NCBI GenBank assembly: GCA_964458565.1
Contig: CAYWJO010000009.1
Span: forward strand, 1 to 64,000
DNA: 64,000 nt
Reading direction: 5' to 3'
Source of the DNA: an uncultured archaeon
GTDB lineage: Archaea; Asgardarchaeota; Thorarchaeia; Thorarchaeales; Thorarchaeaceae
Made by a program: the position numbers and the translations under genes. Shown here piece after piece: positions 40,294 through 50,900 of the stretch (positions are counted from its first letter, which is position 1; every line of letters begins with the position of its first letter). The notes under the pieces are model-generated. The model had not been told where the DNA came from, did no database searches, and saw only the letters and a program-made list of their open reading frames with translations.

Positions 40294-41169
40294 CTATCCT
40301 ACTTTAGTGCCACAGTTCGGGCAGAACTTCGCACCTTCAAGGCTAGTTCCACAGTTGGGACAGAATTTAGCTCCTGCAGGAGCAGTTCCTCCGCCACCAC
40401 CACCAGCCATTGATGCACCCATTGCACCCATCATCGCAGCACCAGCACCAAAGCCCGCACCTGGACTTTTGCCTAGTGAACCTGCGGCATCTCTCATGGT
40501 TTCTGAACCCATGACCTGCTGACCACTGACACCACCAGTTCTTAGCCAGAACAATCTCTCACGATACTTCTCGGTTGTGTCAATACCCTCAAACTTGAGG
40601 TCAACCAACTCAAGACCGATTCTCTCGAAAGCCATTCTGACCTTGGTCTTGACTTTCAATGAGGTTTCATCAAGTTGTGTGAAGACTGCCTGAAGATCAT
40701 AGTGAGCAAACTCATCAATGATGCGTTCGTTCATGAATGAGCGAAGATAGTCATTGATCTTATTGGTACTGAATGCATTTTGATTACCTACTACATCCTG
40801 TACGAAAATATTGCCTTCCTTGATCCTAAACCAAAAGTTTCCATGAAACATAAGTGGTGCTAGATCGCTTGTCTGACCTCTTCCACCGAATTTACCCTGA
40901 AATTGTGAGCGTGAGATGAAGACGCAAGTAGCCTCAAACACATCTCCCTTGATCTTCTTCTGAAGCCAGCCAACAAGACCGGGCATGCTGCTCGTGGTAA
41001 GTTTGTGGCGACCAGCAAGGAACGTATCAAGGGCTTTTCCATCTCTGTAAAAGATAGCAGCTTGATTTTCCATTACAATCAGCTGTGAGCCCCAATCAAT
41101 TCTGTTGTCGGGATAACGCCAGACGATTTGGTCTGGTCCAGCGTTTGTCCATTCAATCGCATCTGCCAT
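40294..41169 (-). CDS. SPFH/band-7 (YdjI-like) protein with C-terminal double zinc ribbon
   Basis: IVWRYP, GSQLIVMENQAAIF, Gly-rich linker, 2x KFCPNCGT. Confidence 0.88.
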   Translation of the reverse strand: MADAIEWTNAGPDQIVWRYPDNRIDWGSQLIVMENQAAIFYRDGKALDTFLAGRHKLTTSSMPGLVGWLQKKIKGDVFEATCVFISRSQFQGKFGGRGQTSDLAPLMFHGNFWFRIKEGNIFVQDVVGNQNAFSTNKINDYLRSFMNERIIDEFAHYDLQAVFTQLDETSLKVKTKVRMAFERIGLELVDLKFEGIDTTEKYRERLFWLRTGGVSGQQVMGSETMRDAAGSLGKSPGAGFGAGAAMMGAMGASMAGGGGGGTAPAGAKFCPNCGTSLEGAKFCPNCGTKVG

Positions 41170-41338
41170 AATTTTGACATCCCTGATATAATCTGGTTCT
41201 GATTGATACCTTACTCTTATTGGTTTTAAACGTTGACATGCCTTACTCCGCGCATCTGAAATGGTTAATTTTGATGAGATTGTGCTCTAATGCGCTTAGT
41301 TATTAGGAAACTCAAAGAGTTGACTCTGGGTCCAGCAT

Positions 41339-41791
41339 TTGACCGAAGATACAGAGCCTCTTCCAGAGGAAGAAACTTCCGACTCAAATGAAAAACAAAC
41401 TCAGCAAATAGTTCGAACTCCCTTCAACCCAATGCACAGCTATGTTGAGATGATTATTTTGATTGGTGCTGGCTATGGTTTGACAGGTCTATTCGGATAT
41501 TCCGCTCTTATAGCTGTGATGCTATTTGGGTTGGTTCTACTCTATCGTGAAACCCTCTTCGTTTTGAAGCACTACACGTACGGATTTGCTAGAAAAGCCG
41601 CTTACTTCAATGCTGGTCACTCGTCAATCTATTTCGTAATTCTTTTCATTAATAGCTATGCAATCACTCAGACAGGAATTCCCTACATACTTCCAGAGTT
41701 TGACCAGCTTACATTACTCTGCCCATTATTCATTGTTATGGGGTTCTATGGTTCAGCAAATATAAGAAGAATGTATCAAGCTCAGAAATAA
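41339..41791 (+). CDS. Hypothetical membrane protein
   Basis: 4 hydrophobic segments. Confidence 0.65.
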   Translation: MTEDTEPLPEEETSDSNEKQTQQIVRTPFNPMHSYVEMIILIGAGYGLTGLFGYSALIAVMLFGLVLLYRETLFVLKHYTYGFARKAAYFNAGHSSIYFVILFINSYAITQTGIPYILPEFDQLTLLCPLFIVMGFYGSANIRRMYQAQK

Positions 41792-41797
41792 GAATCC

Positions 41798-42556
41798 TCA
41801 TGAAAGTTCAAAGGACATGAGGTCCTCCCCCATGATTACTTCCGCATTTGTACGTCTACCAACAATTGAGATGACTTTCTCTTTTTGTTGGACAACATCA
41901 GGAGAAACGTGATTCAGAATTACTTTGGTAGGTTCAACATTCTCTACAATCTCAGTTAGTTCGCTTGGTGAGGTATGGACTCCTTCTGGATGTGCACCAT
42001 CAAGCCAGTTGCACTCGTGAATTAGAACATCACACTTCTTTGCTAGTTGGAGAATTTCTGGGCAGGGTGCAGTATCAGATGAGAACACTACGGACTTGCC
42101 ATTTGACTCAACTCGAAAGGCTCTAACATCCATCGTGCTATGAAGAGTCGGACAGAAACTGATTGTGATTGGTCCCTGTTGCATGGCTGCATTTTCTGGT
42201 AGCTCAGTATATTTTATTGCTAACTTTGAGAGGAGATACGGAAATGCAATCTCAGTTGTGCCTCTTGCCCATTCACGAAATGAAGGAGGAGCAAACACAT
42301 TCAAGGTTTCAGCATATCCAGACAACCACAGGCTCTGAACAAGAGTATGAAAATCAGAGCAGTGATCAATGTGAAAGTGACTGATGAATACAGCGGCTAG
42401 GTCCTTGAAACTCACATTAGTCTGAGTTAATCTATGTAAAACACCAGACCCAATGTCCAATAGCAACTTTGTTTTTTCTACTTCAATAAGCATACCCGAC
42501 TGTACTCGTGATGGATCTGGAAATGAAGTCCCTGTCCCCAGTAACGTAATTTTCAT
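41798..42556 (-). CDS. MBL-fold metallo-hydrolase (RNase Z-like)
   Basis: LLGTG, SHFHIDHC, SDT, HEC, HTSP, NH. Confidence 0.88.
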   Translation of the reverse strand: MKITLLGTGTSFPDPSRVQSGMLIEVEKTKLLLDIGSGVLHRLTQTNVSFKDLAAVFISHFHIDHCSDFHTLVQSLWLSGYAETLNVFAPPSFREWARGTTEIAFPYLLSKLAIKYTELPENAAMQQGPITISFCPTLHSTMDVRAFRVESNGKSVVFSSDTAPCPEILQLAKKCDVLIHECNWLDGAHPEGVHTSPSELTEIVENVEPTKVILNHVSPDVVQQKEKVISIVGRRTNAEVIMGEDLMSFELS

Positions 42557-42601
42557 CTTACTCGGCTTTCACCGGGCGATGATGACTAATCAGTCTTATG
42601 T

Positions 42602-42973
42602 CTAAAATGCAGGCTTTGGATTCAAGACATAACGGACCGTGTTAGAGAACAACCTCAAATCTCGGACAACTCTCATTCTATCAATACTGGGTGCACTAAG
42701 CTGGTTAGCAATATCTCTGCATGTTACATCTTTGATTGCTCTAAGCAGAGCAGTACTGTCTACTTTAATGATACCACTTTCCACTTTACCATAAAACTGA
42801 TTGACTGATTCGATAAAGTTATGATTTGCATCTCTCAGTTTTGAGATGTCCTCATTATTCATTAATATTTCAATAAGACCACTAATACGATATTGTAGTA
42901 CTTCGATGGAATCTGCAGGTACCTCGATTTTTAGAAATGTTCTCTCCTTTGTATCGTTGTACACTGAGTACAC
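42602..42973 (-). CDS. Hypothetical protein
   Basis: 123-aa ORF between clear genes. Confidence 0.55.
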   Translation of the reverse strand: MYSVYNDTKERTFLKIEVPADSIEVLQYRISGLIEILMNNEDISKLRDANHNFIESVNQFYGKVESGIIKVDSTALLRAIKDVTCRDIANQLSAPSIDRMRVVRDLRLFSNTVRYVLNPKPAF

Positions 42974-43116
42974 CGAGTTTTGCTTTAAGCACCCCTATTT
43001 AATTGATAAGAAAGAAAAAATAATCATTCAATAATTGAATATTACTCGTTTTCGAGTAAAACCGATACTCTTTAGAGGCTCTACCGCTATTTGGAATGCC
43101 ATAGGGTAAGGAATGT

Positions 43117-44184
43117 GTGATTATGGGATTGGATCCGGAGCGAAGGGGTAGCCTAATTGCTTTACGGATTCGTTTCGCTCTAATCCTCTTTATATTGTGT
43201 GCTGGATTTCTATTAGCTGTTTGGTATACAACTTTCCCTTTGAAATCAAACATCGAACCTTTCGAACTCGTGAGGAAATTACCAGTACTTATCCTAGCAA
43301 TATTCATCCTTATCGCAGTTCAGTTGGTTACAGATGATTTCCTAGGTTATTGTTTAATGATGACTGGACTTACAATATTCTTTCTAGCGCAGCTAGAGAA
43401 TTTTATGGATGAATTTTATAGGATAACTTACTTTTTTTCACCATTGGATATTGAAGATTTCACGACAGTAGGTTTGCTTCTAGCTGGTTTGGGCATTTAT
43501 CAATGGAGTCGGCTTCTCATTAGAACAACAAGAGAAATGAGTCAACAGCAAAAGGAGACTGACCTCTTTTCAACTATTTTAAGACATGACATAAGCAATG
43601 ATCTCCAGGCTCTTATGGGATATCTTGACTCGATACAATTACTTGATGCTTCTTTTTCCAACGAAGCGGTCGAATTACTTGAATCTGCCTCGGAGGCCGG
43701 TCGACGCATGTCCCGTCTCGTCAAAGTGTTCTCAACTATCGAATCGGATGAAAAGCGTGTTATACCTCTTTTAGAAGAAATCATAGAACAAGCTAAGAAG
43801 ACTCATCTTGGGATCGAAATACAACTCGAAGCTCCAGCAACAATTGGGATAATTAACAAAAGTGGTTCCACACTTTTCAGATATGTAGTTGAGAATCTAA
43901 TACGAAATTCATACGAATACTGTGGAGAGAATCCTACGGTCTTCATTCGGGTTTCAAGAATCGATACTGCTGCAGAATTGATGATTTGGGATAATGGTCC
44001 TGATCTACCCGAAGCTGTGAAATCACAGCTCTTTAAGAGAGGTATTACTTCTAGTGGCAGCGGTCTTGGCCTTTATCTTGTAAAGACAATCTGTGAAGCT
44101 TGTGGTGGGAGCATTGAGTACCTCGAAGATGAAAAGTACAGCGGTGCTACATTCAGAATACTCATCCCTCTAAAGATAACGTAA
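43117..44184 (+). CDS. Membrane sensor histidine kinase
   Basis: 4 TM, H-box ILRHDISNDLQ, ENLIRNS, DNGP, GLGL. Confidence 0.9.
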   Translation: MIMGLDPERRGSLIALRIRFALILFILCAGFLLAVWYTTFPLKSNIEPFELVRKLPVLILAIFILIAVQLVTDDFLGYCLMMTGLTIFFLAQLENFMDEFYRITYFFSPLDIEDFTTVGLLLAGLGIYQWSRLLIRTTREMSQQQKETDLFSTILRHDISNDLQALMGYLDSIQLLDASFSNEAVELLESASEAGRRMSRLVKVFSTIESDEKRVIPLLEEIIEQAKKTHLGIEIQLEAPATIGIINKSGSTLFRYVVENLIRNSYEYCGENPTVFIRVSRIDTAAELMIWDNGPDLPEAVKSQLFKRGITSSGSGLGLYLVKTICEACGGSIEYLEDEKYSGATFRILIPLKIT

Positions 44185-44240
44185 GTATGTATTGCTCAGT
44201 CTTATAGTTTATTTCGTCTTGAAAAAATTCGTGGTTATAG

Positions 44241-44519
44241 ATGAAATCTCAGCATGACGATATTTACGACCCGCGTGTCTTCCCCAATGTAACCGATGAA
44301 GCCATTGAAGAAATCACGAACTTCAGATCAGTGACTGAGAGTATCACTCAGGAGTCAACAAAAGGCACAATCACTTGTCCAAGCTGTGGTACATCCATCA
44401 ACTTCAAAGATCGAATTGAATGGTTTGGTCCTACATTTTTTGCTTGCACCGGTTGTCAAAGGATATTGCATATGAACATTATAGCTCAAGCTCTGAGAGA
44501 CCTCGGATACACTCAATGA
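44241..44519 (+). CDS. Small zinc-ribbon protein
   Basis: CPSC...CTGC. Confidence 0.7.
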   Translation: MKSQHDDIYDPRVFPNVTDEAIEEITNFRSVTESITQESTKGTITCPSCGTSINFKDRIEWFGPTFFACTGCQRILHMNIIAQALRDLGYTQ

Positions 44520-44599
44520 ATCATAATTCACTATAGTCCTGAAAAACTCACTAGTTCACGGTCCAATCGTTTTAGAAATACAGGAGTAGTATCGGTGAA

Positions 44600-44785
44600 A
44601 TGATGAAGACTATCAGCACGAGTGCTTGGCATTGGATTGTTATGTGTCGCAATCCTGGAAGTTATACTCAATTCAGCATAATCATTAGAAGAAGAGAACA
44701 TCTAATCATGATGGCTCATAATCGTGGTAATCATTATTATATTGCGTCGCTGATAGAAAAGGCAACAATGAATGAAGAATGTTAA
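44600..44785 (+). CDS. Possible small hypothetical protein
   Basis: 61 aa with GGTGA/AGGAG upstream; no motifs. Confidence 0.25.
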   Translation: MMKTISTSAWHWIVMCRNPGSYTQFSIIIRRREHLIMMAHNRGNHYYIASLIEKATMNEEC

Positions 44786-44841
44786 TGTATAACTCCTACT
44801 TCATTGTTATTGCAGATGATAATGAATAAGCTGGTGGCTAT

Positions 44842-45246
44842 ATGACTACTCTCTTTGATCTTATAGATAAATGGACTCTGGATTCATGGGACCGCGGGAA
44901 AATCGAGTCAACACTGGAACAGGTAGCATCACCCTTCTATGATCGTAAGAAGGTGTTACTCATCTTAGATGATTTCTGGGATCTTTTAGAAATCATCGAT
45001 GACCCATATGAGTTTATGACAGAAGATACGAAGAAACAGCAGGTTGAACTCTATCTCTCTGATGAATTCACTGAACGATGCGCTAAATCGATCAATCTTG
45101 AAGTAGTATCGGAGCCAGAGCTTCAGATCAGAGTCTTGAATGCGGATGAAATCGTAAATCAACATCCTGTTTGGTTCGATGAATATGACCCGATGACTTG
45201 GGATGAAGTGGAATCAACAATCAAGCGTGCGCTAGATGAAAAGTAA
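44842..45246 (+). CDS. Acidic hypothetical protein, paralog of the next gene
   Basis: Shared DL..WT...WD, EQ...PF..RK, HP.WF. Confidence 0.75.
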   Translation: MTTLFDLIDKWTLDSWDRGKIESTLEQVASPFYDRKKVLLILDDFWDLLEIIDDPYEFMTEDTKKQQVELYLSDEFTERCAKSINLEVVSEPELQIRVLNADEIVNQHPVWFDEYDPMTWDEVESTIKRALDEK

Positions 45247-45264
45247 GAGTGTGGTGTAGATAAA

Positions 45265-45672
45265 ATGAAAATATCTTTCTACGATCTATTAATTGAATGG
45301 ACCAAAAAACCTTGGGATGACCTATTGGCTTTGGATGTTATGGAACAGATTCTCACTCCATTCAATGAACGCAAATTAAACTTCAAAGCAATTGAGCCAA
45401 TTAGAAAGTTGATTGATGCTTTCTTTGATGGAATAGGACTCATCATGACTGACGAGGAAAAATATGCAGACCTCCTTAATCTGCTAGAAGACGAGGCTGT
45501 GAAACAAACTGCTGAGGCATTAATGCTTGATGTCAAAGATGGCCCTGACGTGAAGGTGACTGTTCTCACAATCGATATGTTCATTCAGGAACATCCGCAG
45601 TGGTTTGAGAAACCATCAGAAATGGACGATATGTTCTCAGATGTTATTGATTCATATAAAGGAAGAAAATGA
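45265..45672 (+). CDS. Acidic hypothetical protein, paralog of the previous gene
   Basis: Same shared motifs. Confidence 0.75.
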   Translation: MKISFYDLLIEWTKKPWDDLLALDVMEQILTPFNERKLNFKAIEPIRKLIDAFFDGIGLIMTDEEKYADLLNLLEDEAVKQTAEALMLDVKDGPDVKVTVLTIDMFIQEHPQWFEKPSEMDDMFSDVIDSYKGRK

Positions 45673-45762
45673 TTCAGTCTGTAAATTGGCTCACACTCAA
45701 TTAGCAATTTTTCTTTTTTTAACTTGATTCAAGTTATGCAATGTTAACTGAGAATAAGATAG

Positions 45763-45790
45763 AGAAGTCTGGGGAATTACCCCAGCTTCT
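45763..45790 (-). terminator. Hairpin AGAAG-T-CTGGGG/CCCCAG-CTTCT
   Basis: Stem downstream of the 45803 stop, tail CTCTATCTTATTCT. Confidence 0.55.
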
Positions 45791-45802
45791 TCCGCAAATG
45801 AA

Positions 45803-46363
45803 CTAATCTTGATACTCTTTCATGAAGCCCTCGCGTTGTTTCCATTTTTCTTCGAGGCGCTGCATGATTTGCCACATTCGATAGGTGTAGTTCCATGCTT
45901 CATCGAATTTTCCTTGATTCATTTCATCAAGGAACTCTTCAACAACATCATTGATAGCTCCGATGTCATCAATGATTACCGCATCGAATTCATAAACTCT
46001 ATCGAGTTCTCTCTCATTGATTTTTTCCTTGCTTCCCCATGCAGCATAACCATAATCTGCATAGCGAATAGCTGACTCAAGCTTGTCTGTTAGAGCAAGC
46101 ATCCGATCAAAGGTTTCCCAAGTCTTGGTGAGATTATAATCTACAACCATCATCTGCAGCTTCTCAAGGTCTTGTTTGACAAGCCTGAGCTGGTCCGCGA
46201 GGAATTCTCTGAGTACTTTATCTGCGGCACGACGTTCCTCCTTTTCCTGATAGCCATGCCATCCAGGAATATAGTGAGTAATAGTTCCAAAGAATCCGCC
46301 CTTGATGTCCCGAGCTGCTTTCTTGCGAATCCGTTTCGCAATTGGGTCAGTGACTTTGCCCAT
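45803..46363 (-). CDS. Conserved helical hypothetical protein (IPG..GY.EKE.RR.AD family)
   Basis: IPGWHGYQEKEERRAADKVLRE, YADYGYA, YEFD; AGGAG RBS. Confidence 0.75.
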   Translation of the reverse strand: MGKVTDPIAKRIRKKAARDIKGGFFGTITHYIPGWHGYQEKEERRAADKVLREFLADQLRLVKQDLEKLQMMVVDYNLTKTWETFDRMLALTDKLESAIRYADYGYAAWGSKEKINERELDRVYEFDAVIIDDIGAINDVVEEFLDEMNQGKFDEAWNYTYRMWQIMQRLEEKWKQREGFMKEYQD

Positions 46364-46557
46364 GTGCTGTTTCTCCTGAAAATATCTTCAACCCATATAG
46401 CGTAATACATGGGTTGTTCTAAGAGGATGTTGTCATGATTGCTTAAAAACAATCTGACTAAGTACGTCTTGTTATTGAGAGCGAAATATTTACTTAGAGT
46501 AAGTGATTTTTCTATTGAATGAGTTCACTTTCTTGACTCTTCTCATTCTACCAAGCT

Positions 46558-47424
46558 TTATTTCGCTAGATGCTTAAGAATTGGTTCTGCTGGAACCCGA
46601 TTCATTTCTAACCCAATATCACTCTCAGTCATTCCCAGTGTCAATGCAAGGATTTGTGGATAAAGTAGTATCGGTAAATCGTAGACTTCTCCATATGAAT
46701 CCTTCAGACCAAGTTGCTGTAAGTCCAGTTGGTTCGCACAAGCAGGACAAACAGTAGTTGCGAATACAGCTCCCGCATCTTTCATATCCTTGATTTTGTC
46801 TCGAGCGAGTCTGATTGCCAAATCCTCATTCACTGGGAGTACAGTCGCTCCGCAACATTGTTTCCATAGAGGATACTCGATTACTTTGGCTCCAGTCACC
46901 TGAACAAGATCCTGAAGCATCTCTGGATTAAACTCTGTAACATCATCCGGACGAAGAAGATGGCATCCATAATGAATAGCAATCCCAACTCCATCAAGTG
47001 GATTAGTCACTTTCTTGCGAATTTCTTCAAGACCAATGTCAGTATACAATGCTTCGACAAAATGCCGTGGTTTTACTGTGCCTTCAAAAGTTAGACTTTC
47101 CTTCTTCAATTCTGTATTTACAAAATCTCTCTGTTTGGAATCATGAAGTAATTGATGATAAACATCCTTTAGTGATCCGAAACATCCATTGCATGGTGTA
47201 ACAATGTCGTGTCCCTTTCTCTCAGCCACAGCAAGAGTTCTGGCATTAACAAGTAACCATCCATAATAGTCGATTGCTCTGAGATTCGGACTTCCGCAGC
47301 AAGAAACATCTTCCAAATACTCTAATTCCATACCGAACGCTTCAGCTACTTTCAGGACTGAAACCTCATAGTTGGGGTAGTTAGCAGGAACACTGCATCC
47401 CATGTAGAGACTATATGTAGGCAT
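46558..47424 (-). CDS. hdrB: Heterodisulfide reductase subunit B (copy 2)
   Basis: Two CCG domains: YMGC, CCG, CNGC, HYGCH, CCG, CPAC; start refined to MPTYSL. Confidence 0.92.
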   Translation of the reverse strand: MPTYSLYMGCSVPANYPNYEVSVLKVAEAFGMELEYLEDVSCCGSPNLRAIDYYGWLLVNARTLAVAERKGHDIVTPCNGCFGSLKDVYHQLLHDSKQRDFVNTELKKESLTFEGTVKPRHFVEALYTDIGLEEIRKKVTNPLDGVGIAIHYGCHLLRPDDVTEFNPEMLQDLVQVTGAKVIEYPLWKQCCGATVLPVNEDLAIRLARDKIKDMKDAGAVFATTVCPACANQLDLQQLGLKDSYGEVYDLPILLYPQILALTLGMTESDIGLEMNRVPAEPILKHLAK

Positions 47425-47425
47425 T

Positions 47426-47962
47426 TTACTCACTTCCTCCAACAAGCTTGCTAGTTTGTGTTCCTTTCAAAATCCGTTTAATTCCCTCTTTCGAAAGACC
47501 GGGTACTTCTGGTTCTAAGCCAAGGTCCTCTCTTTCCCAATCTGCAGTTACTTCGTATAATTGGCCCTTCTCGAGCAAGTCTTTTGCCAATCCAATGATG
47601 TTCTCAGGTACATGCCTTTCTTTGGCAGCTAGATTCTTGCAATCGAAAAAGATGTCAGTGACTCTGACCTTCTGAGGACACCTCTCTTGGCATTGAAAGC
47701 AGGTGAGACATAACCAGATTTCGTTTGATGATAGAACTTCTTTTCGCATGCCAAGTAATATCATTCGTATCAATTGATGGGGTTTATATTCCCACAGATT
47801 TGCGATCGGACAGGATGCAGTACATGATGAACAGGCGAAACAGGCGTTCAAATCTTCACCATTAGGCATGCTCTTTATTTCTCTCCTGAAATTTGGATCC
47901 AAATCTTTCATTCTAATTGGTTCAAGAGAAATCATTTGGGATTCATTTCTTTGTTCACTCAT
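47426..47962 (-). CDS. hdrC: Heterodisulfide reductase subunit C (copy 2)
   Basis: CFACSSCTASCP, WLCLTCFQCQERCP. Confidence 0.92.
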   Translation of the reverse strand: MSEQRNESQMISLEPIRMKDLDPNFRREIKSMPNGEDLNACFACSSCTASCPIANLWEYKPHQLIRMILLGMRKEVLSSNEIWLCLTCFQCQERCPQKVRVTDIFFDCKNLAAKERHVPENIIGLAKDLLEKGQLYEVTADWEREDLGLEPEVPGLSKEGIKRILKGTQTSKLVGGSE

Positions 47963-47968
47963 TATCTC

Positions 47969-50900
47969 TCACCTGCTCTCCGATGATTGAGGGGCTGCTT
48001 GTCTCCTTCGATATGCTGCAATCAGACCGAATATTTCTGATTCAATCTGCTCAGTCGTATAGTGTTTGCGACTTGCAGCTCCAGTTGGACAAATCACCTG
48101 ACATTTTCCGCAACCTGTACAAAGAAGTGAATTGACTTGGGCTAGTTGCGGTTGGTTTTCCCTATCCTGCAGAGTGATTGCATCGTACGGGCAGATTTTC
48201 ACACAGAGACCGCATCCGATGCATAATTCCTCGTTAATGGTTGCTTTATCCATTGATACTCTGACTTTCCCAGCAAGAACATGCGAAGCAGCTGCACTCG
48301 CTGCAGCTTTTCCTTGAGCCACACTTTGAGGAATATCCATTGGACTCTGGCAAGCTCCTGCAATGTAAACACCTCTTGCCTTTGTACTAACAGGTTCAAG
48401 TTTTGGATGGAGTTCTTTCATGAATCCACCCTCGCTTCGGTCTACGCCAAGATGATGCGCTAGTTCTGCTGTGCCCTTGGAGGGGTCTACTGCCATCGTG
48501 AGTACTACAAGGTCAAAATTAAGTCTCATGAGTTGACCTGAACCTTGGTCAAAGAGACTAAAGCTAATAGTTCCATCCTCTTCTTCGATCATTTCACTCG
48601 GAAATCCTCTAGCAAATCGAACACCATGTTCTCTCACTCTCCGATAGAATTGTTCGTACTCTTTCCCACCAGCACGAAGTTCATGGTAGATGATCCATTG
48701 CTCTACTTCATCGTGATATAATCTATCCGTCATTTCAGCATGTCTCAGAGTGTACATGCATCCAAAGTTGCAGCACCATGGTCTACAACCTTCATCTCGC
48801 GAACCAGCACAATTGATGTAAGCAATCCGTTTTGGTTTCTCCTTGAATTCTGGTGGAATAAGGACCTCTCCTCCTGTTGGTCCTACCAAACTCAATAAAC
48901 GGCCGTATTGTCCAGCTGTAATGACCCGCTTGAATTTTCCGCCTCCATACTCAGGTAATTCTTCCATACTAATCTCTTCAAAACCAGTGGCAGCAATTAT
49001 CGCTCCCACTGTAAGTTCCACAATTTCCTCTTTCATACTGTGATCGATTGCATCTTTTGGACACGCTTCTACGCAGAGTTTACATTCACAACAAATTGCA
49101 CATCCAAGACACCTCTCTGCTTCCTCTATTGCTGTTTTCTCTGAAAAGCCAAGCTCCACTTCATCAAATCCGCTGACTCTACTCTTCTTTGGTAATTTAC
49201 GCATATGATGACGGTTTCCACCTGGTAGCTCATTATCTTCTAACTCAGGTCTTGGAGCACGAGGTAGTACATCTGGTCTACCTTCGTATAGATCCAATCC
49301 CTGGATATACCGATGTATTGATTTCGCCGCTTCATTTCCCGCGCCAACTGCTTCTATGACACTAGCAGGACCAGTTACTAGATCTCCACCTGCAAATACT
49401 CCTGTAGTACTAGTCTGCATGGTGATTGGGTCCACTTCAGGAGTGCCCCATAGTGTAAGTTCAAGACCTGCATGCGGTCCTATTGCGCTAACCTTTTGCC
49501 CAATAGCAATAATGATGGTGTCGACATCCATATCGAAATCTGAATCAGGAATCGAAACTGGTCTTCGTCTACCAGACTCATCAGGCTCTCCGAGTTTCAT
49601 CCTTGAACATCTGAGACCGATAACACTTCCATTTGATGTTAAAACCTCAACCGGTTGTGTCAGTATCTGTAGTTTTACTCCTTCCTTTTCAGTATCATTG
49701 ACTTCTTCTTGGATTGCTGGCATTTCGGCTCTGGAACGTCTGTACACTAGACTCACTTTCTCAGCGCCTAATCTCACCGCTACACGTGCGGCGTCAACAG
49801 CTGCATTACCACCACCTATCACCGCAACTTTCTTCCCGATTGACACCTTCTCATCTTTATTCACTCGCTCGAGGAAATCTAGGGCATGATATACACCTTT
49901 AGAGTCCTCCCCTTTTACTCTCAGCTTTGAGCTTTCAAGAGCTCCAGTTCCTAGAAAGACTGCTTGGAATCCTTGTTTCATTAGTTCTTCTATAGATTCT
50001 ATTCTAGACCCTGTCTGTATCTGCACTCCGTGCTGCACTACTCTCTCAATCTCGTCCTGCAAAATCTTACGGGGTAATCGATGGTCCGGGATTCCAAATC
50101 TCATGAGTCCTCCTGCTTCTGAGTTGGCTTCAAAAATTGTGACCGGATATCCTAGAATGGCTAGTTGATATGCACATGCAATACCAGCAGGACCTGCCCC
50201 AACAACGGCTACACGTTCTTTCTTATCGATATTTGTTTCAACAGGTGCAATTTCTCCTGATTCTTGCTCATTGTCGTAAAGGAATCTATGCAGATTTCTT
50301 ATACTCAGACTCTCATCATAAGTACCTCTCTCACATTCCTCCTCACACGCACTGAAACATACTCTTCCCAGGGAACCAGGGAATGGAATTGCTTCTCTAA
50401 CAAGACTAAGTGCCTTCGCGTATTTCTTCTCATGAAGAAGAGTGATGAAACCTTGGCAACTAACATGGGCTGGGCATGAAATCTTACATGCTGCATGACC
50501 TAACTTCTCAATCGCAAATGTAGATGGTACTGCTTGAGGATATGGTTTGTAAGTAGCTTTTCGTTTAGAGAGTCCAAAATCGTGTTCATTTGGAGTAAGT
50601 ACAGGACAAACCTCTCCGCAGTCACCACAGGAGTTACACTTCTCAGAATCAACAAATCGTGGTCTTTTACGGACTTTTACTTTAAAATTACCATAATCCC
50701 TCTCAACATCTACTACCTCAGAACAGGCTAGTATCTCTATATTCTTGCTCCGGTCAACTGCAGAAAGTTTTGGCGAAAGAATACACATGGAGCAATCAAG
50801 GGTTGGAAATGTTTTCTCGAGCTTCGCCATATATCCTCCAATCGCAACATTCCTCTCAATCAAAGTGACCTTGATGTCTTTCTCTGCTAGGTCGAGAGCC

